This document shows positions 58,237 through 64,000 of a stretch of 64,000 bases of DNA, one piece after another; position 1 is the first letter of the stretch; every line of letters starts with the position of its first letter. The notes below the pieces were generated by a model. That model saw only the letters and a list, made by a program, of their open reading frames with translations. It made no database searches and was not told where the DNA came from. The stretch spans positions 704,001 through 768,000 of the forward strand of contig JAXHMG010000003.1 in assembly GCA_034521595.1 (NCBI GenBank), given 5' to 3'. This DNA is from Gemmatimonadota bacterium (lineage in GTDB: Bacteria; Gemmatimonadota; Gemmatimonadetes; Longimicrobiales; Gaopeijiaceae). The translations under genes and the position numbers were made by a program.

Positions 58237-59169
58237 ATGCGCGCTCGGACGGCCGCGCCCGCCAAGGTCAATCTGTTCCTTCGGGTGCTTGGCAAGCGGC
58301 ACGACGGGTTCCATGAGATTCGGACGGTCTTTCAGGCCATCGACCTCGTGGACGAGGTGGTGGTGGAGCGCGGGGGTCGTGGTGTGACCCTGGACGTTCG
58401 CGGGGCGGAGCTCGGTCCCGAGGAGGAGAATCTGGCGTACCGGGCCGCGGAGTCGTTCCTGGCCCATGGCGACGACGGCGAGGGGGCTCGTATCGAGCTG
58501 GTGAAGCGCATTCCCGCGGGTGCCGGTCTCGGTGGAGGGTCTTCGGATGCGGCGGCGGTGCTTCGCTGCCTTGCCGCTACCACGTCCCCTGCTCCGTCGG
58601 CAGGCGATCTCGCTCGGATGGGGGCCGCCCTCGGATCCGACGTGCCGTTCTTTCTCAGCCCCGGTCCGCTCGCTCTCGCTGAAGGGCGCGGAGACGTGTT
58701 GGTGAGCGTGCCACCCTTACCCGAAGCGGATCTCGTCGTCGCGTTGCCGCCGGTGCACGTGGCGACGGCGGCGGCGTACGGCGCCTTGAGGAGAGAAGCG
58801 TGGGTCGGGGATGATTCGGATACGGTCGGTGATCCCACCTTGGAGGAAACCGACCCCACGGCCTTTGGTCGGGCTGGGACGTTGGATGTGCCGCGACGGT
58901 GGGAGGACGTGGCCTCGTGGATGGCGAACGACTTCCAACCGGTCGTGGCGGGCATGCACGAAGCGGTCGGACACTCGTTGGCCGCGCTCGAGCGCGCGGG
59001 GGCGCGTGCCACCCTCCTGTCCGGGAGCGGCGGGGCTTCGTTCGGCCTGTTCGGCACGCGTGACGCGGCGAAGCGGGTGGCCTCGGAGCTGACGCGACGC
59101 CTCGGTTGGCGCTTCGTTGCGACGCGTACCTTGAGCGCTTGGCCCGACGTGACCGTGTCCGGCCCTTGA
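58237..59169 (+). CDS. ispE: 4-diphosphocytidyl-2-C-methyl-D-erythritol kinase
   Basis: APAKVNLFL, KRIPAGAGLGGGSSDAAA, GSDVPFF, NDF, LSGSG. Confidence 0.95.
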   Translation: MRARTAAPAKVNLFLRVLGKRHDGFHEIRTVFQAIDLVDEVVVERGGRGVTLDVRGAELGPEEENLAYRAAESFLAHGDDGEGARIELVKRIPAGAGLGGGSSDAAAVLRCLAATTSPAPSAGDLARMGAALGSDVPFFLSPGPLALAEGRGDVLVSVPPLPEADLVVALPPVHVATAAAYGALRREAWVGDDSDTVGDPTLEETDPTAFGRAGTLDVPRRWEDVASWMANDFQPVVAGMHEAVGHSLAALERAGARATLLSGSGGASFGLFGTRDAAKRVASELTRRLGWRFVATRTLSAWPDVTVSGP

Positions 59170-59195
59170 ACGGATCGCTCGTTCGGAGGTAGGAT
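59166..59195 (+). promoter_or_regulatory. Putative sigma70 promoter of tRNA-Gln
   Basis: TTGAAC-N18-TAGGAT, 7 nt before the tRNA 5' end. Confidence 0.55.
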
Positions 59196-59202
59196 GTCGT
59201 GC

Positions 59203-59273
59203 TGGCCCGTGGTCTAATGGCAGGACACCGGTCTTTGGAACCGGCGGTGGTGGTTCGAATCCACCCGGGCCAA
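59203..59273 (+). tRNA. tRNA-Gln (anticodon TTG), CCA not encoded
   Basis: Acceptor stem TGGCCCG/CGGGCCA; anticodon arm CCGGT-CTTTGGA-ACCGG; T arm GGTGG-TTCGAAT-CCACC; typical ispE-tRNA-Gln-prs position. Confidence 0.96.
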
Positions 59274-59394
59274 TCTCAGGACCCGTTGAGCCGCGGAACT
59301 GGTGCGGTTGGGTTGTTCGGAGCACCGGGTGGCGTCGCGCCGGGGGCCGGCCCCAACATGCGGTGTCGACGCCTCGCCGAGTCCGACCGAACCC

Positions 59395-61191
59395 ATGCTT
59401 CCTCTCCTCACCCTGACCCTGGTCGTGCTCTGGGCGCCCACCCCTTCGAGCGCCCAGGCCGTTTCGGAGCCCGGCGACACCGCGGTGGTCACGGAGGATG
59501 CCGACGATGTGAGAGGGGCGGCCCGGGCGGCGCAGGGCCGGTACGAGAGGCGCAGGGCGCGGCACTTTCCGCGGACGCTCCGAGGCTCGGGCGGGCCGTG
59601 TGACGAAACGGTCGGACGCTTCTGCACCTGGTATGGGGAAGGGAACTGGGTGCCTGAGCCCGAGGCGCCGGAGATCGCCGAGCTCCGGACGGCGCTCCTC
59701 GTCGAGCTCGATACGCTGCAGCCGCACGCCCCCGGGGATCCATGGATTCTCGGTCAGCGGGTGTGGTACCGGGCCGAGCGTGGCGATTGGGACGAGGCCT
59801 TGGACGTGGCCCGGACGTGCCCGGCCCCACAGCGAGCCTGGTGGTGTGCCGCGCTCGACGGCTTCGCCCTGCACGGGCTGGAACGCTTCCCGGAGGCCGA
59901 GCGGGCGTTCGCCGCAGCGTTGTGGGAGATGGACCTGGAGCGGGCGTGGTCCTGGCGCGTGCCGGAGCGTGCGGTCGACGGAGAGGGCCGGGACGTGCTG
60001 ACGGCACTCCGCTCGGCCACCACGGATTCGGTCGAGCTCGTGCTGGACCGATTGTGGGCCCTGGCCGACCCACTGTACCTGATCGACGGCAACGACCGGA
60101 AGACGGCTCACTTCGCACGGTGGACCGTGGCCACCCTCCGGGAGGATGCGCGCACCCCCTATGGAATCCCGTGGGGTGGCGACCTGGAGGAGCTGCTGGT
60201 TCGGCACGGATGGGAGTTGGGGTGGGAGCGGGAACCGGGCGTGCGCATCACGGACCGGGATCGCGTGATCGGACACAAGCATCCGGCGGGTCGCGACTTC
60301 CTGCCGGGTGGTGCCGCTTTGCGAGCTCCCGCGCGGACGGAGCCGGCCGACCACGTCCCGACCCGAGTCCGTCCCCGCAGTCTGTACGCCCCTCCCTACG
60401 CCCCCGTGCTGCTCCCGATGGACGTGCAGGTGGCCGTGTTCCCTCGGGGCCGAGCGTTTCGGGTCGTCGCGACACATGACCTACCAAGGGACACGACGCG
60501 TCGGGCGCGCGAGGACATTCCTCGTCCGTGGATGGAGCCCGGCAACCAAGCGGGGCTCGCCGACCGGGCGGGACTGTTCCTGCTCGATGCCGTGACCGGA
60601 GAAGTCACGGCGCGGACGACGCAGGACACCACGGTCGGTGCGCTCGTGTTGGAAGGCGCCGAGGGAGAGCACGTGCTGTCCGTGGAAAGCTGGAGCCCGG
60701 AGCAACGCAGAGCCGGTCGGCTCCGCCTCGGAATCACGCATGTCGAGATCCCCGACGACATTCCGGTCCTCTCCGACATCCTCTTGGTCGCGCCGGGTGA
60801 GGAACCCGTCGAGGGCCTCGAGGAGGCGGCCGGTCGGGCCCTCACGGCTCCCGCCATCCAGGAAGGCGCGTCGGTCGGGATCGTTTGGGAGGTCACCGGG
60901 CTCGGTTTCCGTCGCGAGACTCTGACGTTCGACCTCACCATCGAGCGTACGGACCCGGGCTTGTTGCAGCGGGTCGGGTCTTTTCTCGGACTCGCGGACC
61001 CCGACCGGCCGCTCGCACTCCAATGGGAGGAAGCGGGGCCGGACGAGCCGGGGCCGATGCTCCGTCATCTCGATCTCGACCTTCCGGAGCTGGACCCGGG
61101 CCAATACGAGATTCGATTGGAGTTGCGCACGGCAGGGCGCGATCCCGTGACCCGCTCGCGGGCGTTCGACGTACGGCCCACGCCGAGATGA
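59395..61191 (+). CDS. Secreted hypothetical protein (TPR-like N-region, GWxTD-like middle, Ig-like C-terminus)
   Basis: Signal peptide ending AQA; LWALADPLYLIDGNDRKTAHFAR...LLVRHGW; LSDILL; C-terminal LDPGQYEIRLEL. Confidence 0.65.
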   Translation: MLPLLTLTLVVLWAPTPSSAQAVSEPGDTAVVTEDADDVRGAARAAQGRYERRRARHFPRTLRGSGGPCDETVGRFCTWYGEGNWVPEPEAPEIAELRTALLVELDTLQPHAPGDPWILGQRVWYRAERGDWDEALDVARTCPAPQRAWWCAALDGFALHGLERFPEAERAFAAALWEMDLERAWSWRVPERAVDGEGRDVLTALRSATTDSVELVLDRLWALADPLYLIDGNDRKTAHFARWTVATLREDARTPYGIPWGGDLEELLVRHGWELGWEREPGVRITDRDRVIGHKHPAGRDFLPGGAALRAPARTEPADHVPTRVRPRSLYAPPYAPVLLPMDVQVAVFPRGRAFRVVATHDLPRDTTRRAREDIPRPWMEPGNQAGLADRAGLFLLDAVTGEVTARTTQDTTVGALVLEGAEGEHVLSVESWSPEQRRAGRLRLGITHVEIPDDIPVLSDILLVAPGEEPVEGLEEAAGRALTAPAIQEGASVGIVWEVTGLGFRRETLTFDLTIERTDPGLLQRVGSFLGLADPDRPLALQWEEAGPDEPGPMLRHLDLDLPELDPGQYEIRLELRTAGRDPVTRSRAFDVRPTPR

Positions 61192-61227
61192 CCGTAGACT
61201 CGACGGGGTGCCCTTCCGCGCCGCGCG

Positions 61228-61256
61228 TTGACCGGCTCCCCCGCCTCTTCTAGCTT
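61228..61256 (+). promoter_or_regulatory. Putative sigma70 promoter of prs-rplY-pth
   Basis: TTGACC-N17-TAGCTT. Confidence 0.6.
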
Positions 61257-61300
61257 CCCGGGCTCTAATCTCCTGATCCGCACCTGCAAGCATCGGACCT

Positions 61301-62266
61301 ATGGACGACACGTACGGGAGAGGCCCGCTTCTCCTGCTCAGCGGCCGCGCGAATCACCCCCTGTCCGTGGAGATCGGTGAGCGGATCGGCAAGTCACCGG
61401 ACGGGGCCACGATCAAGAAGTTCGCGGACGGGGAGATCTTCGTCCGTATCGACCGCAACGCACGCGGCCGCGACGTGTTCATCATCCAGGCGATGAACTC
61501 TCCGGCCGAGAACATCCTGGAGCTGGTGCTCCTGATCGATGCGGCCAAGCGAGCGTCGGCAGCCAGGGTCACGGCGGTGATTCCCTACTTCGGCTACGGT
61601 CGGCAGGACCGTAAGGATCAGCCGCGGGTGGCGATCGGAGCCAAGCTCGTGGCGAATCTGATCGTGGCAGCCGGTGCGGATCGAGTGATCGCGATCGACT
61701 TCCACCAGCACCAGATTCAGGGCTTCTTCGATATCCCGGTGGACCATCTGTACGCGGCTCCGGTCATCACCCGATACTTCAAGGACCTGGGCCTGGAGAA
61801 CCTCGTCGTGGTCGCACCCGACGTGGGGTCTGCGAAGATGGCCCGGGGCTATGCCCGCCGACTCGGGGCGACCTTCGCGATCATCGACAAGCGGCGGCCG
61901 AAGCCGAACATGTCGGAGGTGTTGAACGTGGTCGGTGAGGTGGACGGGATGAACTGCCTCGTCGTCGACGATATGGTGGATACCGCCGGGACCCTGACCA
62001 ACGCGGTCCACGCGCTCAAGGATCGGGGCGCGGCTCGGGTGTACGCCGCCACGACACACCCGGTGTTGTCCGGTCCGGCGGTCGAGCGGTTGAGCCAAGC
62101 GCCACTCGAGGAGATGGTCGTGACCAACACGATCCACATCCCGGAGGAAAAGAGGTTCGAGAAGCTCAAGGTCCTCTCCGTGGCCGATCTCCTGTCGAAA
62201 GCCATCAATCACGTCCACCTGAACGAATCCGTAAGCCAGCTGTTCGAGGCGATTCCAGATAACTGA
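61301..62266 (+). CDS. prs: Ribose-phosphate pyrophosphokinase
   Basis: FADGEI, PYFGYGRQDRK, VAPDVG, DKRR, VDDMVDTAGT. Confidence 0.97.
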   Translation: MDDTYGRGPLLLLSGRANHPLSVEIGERIGKSPDGATIKKFADGEIFVRIDRNARGRDVFIIQAMNSPAENILELVLLIDAAKRASAARVTAVIPYFGYGRQDRKDQPRVAIGAKLVANLIVAAGADRVIAIDFHQHQIQGFFDIPVDHLYAAPVITRYFKDLGLENLVVVAPDVGSAKMARGYARRLGATFAIIDKRRPKPNMSEVLNVVGEVDGMNCLVVDDMVDTAGTLTNAVHALKDRGAARVYAATTHPVLSGPAVERLSQAPLEEMVVTNTIHIPEEKRFEKLKVLSVADLLSKAINHVHLNESVSQLFEAIPDN

Positions 62267-62316
62267 GGGAAAGGGCCTCGGGATGCCCGAGGGCCGACAA
62301 TCAGAGGAAGACACAC

Positions 62317-62997
62317 ATGAAGAACGTGAAGTTGAGCGCCGAGCGGCGCGACGAGACCGGGAAGAAGGTCGCGCGCAAGTTGCGCCAGAACGGAAAGATT
62401 CCGGCCGTGCTCTACGGGCGTGAGATGGACGCGCTCCATCTGGCCGTCGATGGTCACGAGGCCGAGCTCCTGTTTTACTCGATTCCCGTCGACAACACGA
62501 TCATCGAGCTGAAGGTCGAGGGAGAGAAGGAAACCTTTCAGACGCTGGTTCGTGAGATCCAGACCCATCCGTACCGGGACGATCTCGTGCACGTCGACTT
62601 CCTACGCATCCAGGCGGGCGTGATGGTCGACGTGAACGTGCCGCTCCACCTGGTCGGTGAGCCGTACGGGGTTCGGGAAAACGGCGGCGTGCTCGAACAG
62701 ACGATTCACGACCTGCCCATCAAGTGCATCCCGTCGGCGATTCCCGAGTCGATCGAGCTCGACGTCACGGAGCTCGATCTTCACGACGTGCTCCACGTTT
62801 CTGACCTGAAGGTCGGCGAGGGCGTCGAGATCCAGCTTCCGGCCGAGCGCACCGTCTGCTCCGTCGCCGTGCCGCGTGCGATCATCGAGGAAGAGGAGGA
62901 AGAGGAAGTCGACGAGGAGCTGCTCGAGCTGGAGGAAGGCGAAGAGCCGCCTGAAGGAGCCGAAGAGCCTGCCGACGACGAGCAAGACGAGGAGTAG
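62317..62997 (+). CDS. rplY: 50S ribosomal protein L25/Ctc
   Basis: ARKLRQNGKIPAVLYG, HVDF, GGVLEQ; acidic tail. Confidence 0.95.
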   Translation: MKNVKLSAERRDETGKKVARKLRQNGKIPAVLYGREMDALHLAVDGHEAELLFYSIPVDNTIIELKVEGEKETFQTLVREIQTHPYRDDLVHVDFLRIQAGVMVDVNVPLHLVGEPYGVRENGGVLEQTIHDLPIKCIPSAIPESIELDVTELDLHDVLHVSDLKVGEGVEIQLPAERTVCSVAVPRAIIEEEEEEEVDEELLELEEGEEPPEGAEEPADDEQDEE

Positions 62998-63033
62998 GGG
63001 TCGGGCTGCGCTCGACTCACTACCGCTCGCGGC

Positions 63034-63597
63034 GTGAAGGTCGTGCTCGGGTTGGGCAATCCCGGCCCGCGATACGATGCGACCCGGCACAACGTCGGGT
63101 GGTGGTTGGCCGACCGGCTGGCGTATGATTGGGACCTGCCGCCGTTCGAGCGCTCCGGTCCCGCGCTGGTGACGGAAGGGCGTGTCGGCGAGGTGTCGGT
63201 GCGACTCGTGAAGCCCACGACATACATGAACCGGAGCGGAGCGGCCATGCGCGCGTTGGACGACTTGGAGGACTTCGAGCCGTCGCGGGATCTCCTGGTC
63301 GTGGTGGACGACGCGGCGCTCGATGTGGGACGCGTGCGCTTGCGGCCCTCGGGGAGCACCGGAGGACACAATGGGCTGAAGTCGGTCTCGGGCGCGCTCG
63401 GATCGGACGCCTACGCCCGGCTCCGGATCGGGATCGGCAAGCGCCCCAGTGGCGTGGAGCTGGCCGATTGGGTGCTCGCGCCGATGCCCGAGGAAGACGA
63501 AGATGTCGTGCTGGCGCTGCTCCCGGACTTGACACGAGCCGTGGAAGCGTGGATGACGGAGGGAGTCGAAGCGGCCATGAACCGCTTCAACCGCTGA
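63034..63597 (+). CDS. pth: Peptidyl-tRNA hydrolase
   Basis: GLGNPGPRYDATRHNVG, KPTTYMNRSG, GGHNGLKS, RLRIGIG. Confidence 0.97.
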   Translation: MKVVLGLGNPGPRYDATRHNVGWWLADRLAYDWDLPPFERSGPALVTEGRVGEVSVRLVKPTTYMNRSGAAMRALDDLEDFEPSRDLLVVVDDAALDVGRVRLRPSGSTGGHNGLKSVSGALGSDAYARLRIGIGKRPSGVELADWVLAPMPEEDEDVVLALLPDLTRAVEAWMTEGVEAAMNRFNR

Positions 63598-63682
63598 CGG
63601 GACGAGCGGATGTGTCGGCGTCCCGGCAGGATTGTCGAACCATCGATTCCAACACCCGGACGAACAGGGGAAGACTGATCCC

Positions 63683-64000
63683 ATGATCGACCTCGTCGCA
63701 ATCACCAACTGGGCCTGGGTTCTCGGTGCCGTCGGCTTGGCCGTGGCCCTCGTGATCTACAGGTACGTGAAGAAGCAGCCGTCCGGATCGGAGCTCATGG
63801 TCGATCTCGGTGACCAGATCCACGACGGTGCCATGGCGTTCCTCCGCCGCGAGTACTCCGCGTTGGCCGTGTTCGTGGCCGTGGTGGCGGTGCTTCTCAG
63901 CTTGGCGATCGGCACGTTGCCGGCCATCGCCTACGTCTTCGGTTCGTTCGCATCGGTCGCGGCCGGGTTCATCGGGATGAAGGCCGCGACCCGCGCGAAT
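63683..64000 (+). CDS. hppA: Membrane-bound H+/Na+-translocating pyrophosphatase (partial, runs off the right edge)
   Basis: Manual translation MIDLVAITNWAWVLGAVG...QIHDGAMAFLRREY...AGFIGMKAATRAN. Confidence 0.88.
   Translation, partial: MIDLVAITNWAWVLGAVGLAVALVIYRYVKKQPSGSELMVDLGDQIHDGAMAFLRREYSALAVFVAVVAVLLSLAIGTLPAIAYVFGSFASVAAGFIGMKAATRAN

Noticed and set aside
61094-61105. 12-bp copy (ACCCGGGCCAAT) of the tRNA-Gln 3' end (59263-59274), a possible att site
   Set aside because: It lies inside the CDS (encoding DPGQY) about 85 bp before the stop, with no integrase or evident compositional shift; likely chance
62273-62295. Hairpin between prs and rplY
   Set aside because: Short GC stem with a mismatch and no U-tract; not enough to call a terminator or L25 leader
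62885-62997. GAG/GAA-rich repeat-like stretch
   Set aside because: Encodes the usual acidic tail of L25/Ctc
1-64000. CRISPR arrays, IS elements, prophage, defence islands
   Set aside because: No regularly spaced repeats, transposase, integrase, phage or nuclease motifs seen; composition looks uniform by eye

Overview
A high-GC bacterial chromosomal segment, densely coding and mostly housekeeping. The gene content and protein types suggest Gemmatimonadota, which is an inference only. It holds about 62 CDS and one tRNA-Gln(TTG); I saw no CRISPR array, rRNA, transposase, integrase or phage genes. In order: BatA/vWA + DUF58 (partial at the left edge); a secreted DUF4384 protein with a CxxCH motif; an outer-membrane barrel + acidic lipoprotein pair; lepA-waaF-ROK-PfkB-(STAS/HATPase)-(STAS-like)-trans-sulfuration operon; a decayed nifU before mrp; an ECF sigma/double-ZAS anti-sigma envelope operon; ubiE; an M16 peptidase pair; mutM; an internally deleted ybjQ; purD; an M48 protease; glmM-glmS-dtd-maf-glpK; a System I*-type ccm cluster; outer-membrane proteins; tesB/corA; recA, alaS; cpsB-gmhA-cca-rarA-hflX-pdxJ-ispE-tRNA-Gln; prs-rplY-pth-hppA (partial at the right edge). 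The most notable observations are: (1) a translationally coupled STAS-HATPase + STAS-like pair among sugar kinases, a candidate partner-switching system; (2) three copies of a GAAAC-N17-CGTA ECF promoter defining a local regulon; (3) two sigma54-type promoters; (4) two genes damaged by internal deletion; (5) a structured recA-alaS intergenic region. All functional calls come from motif recognition by eye; no database searches were run.
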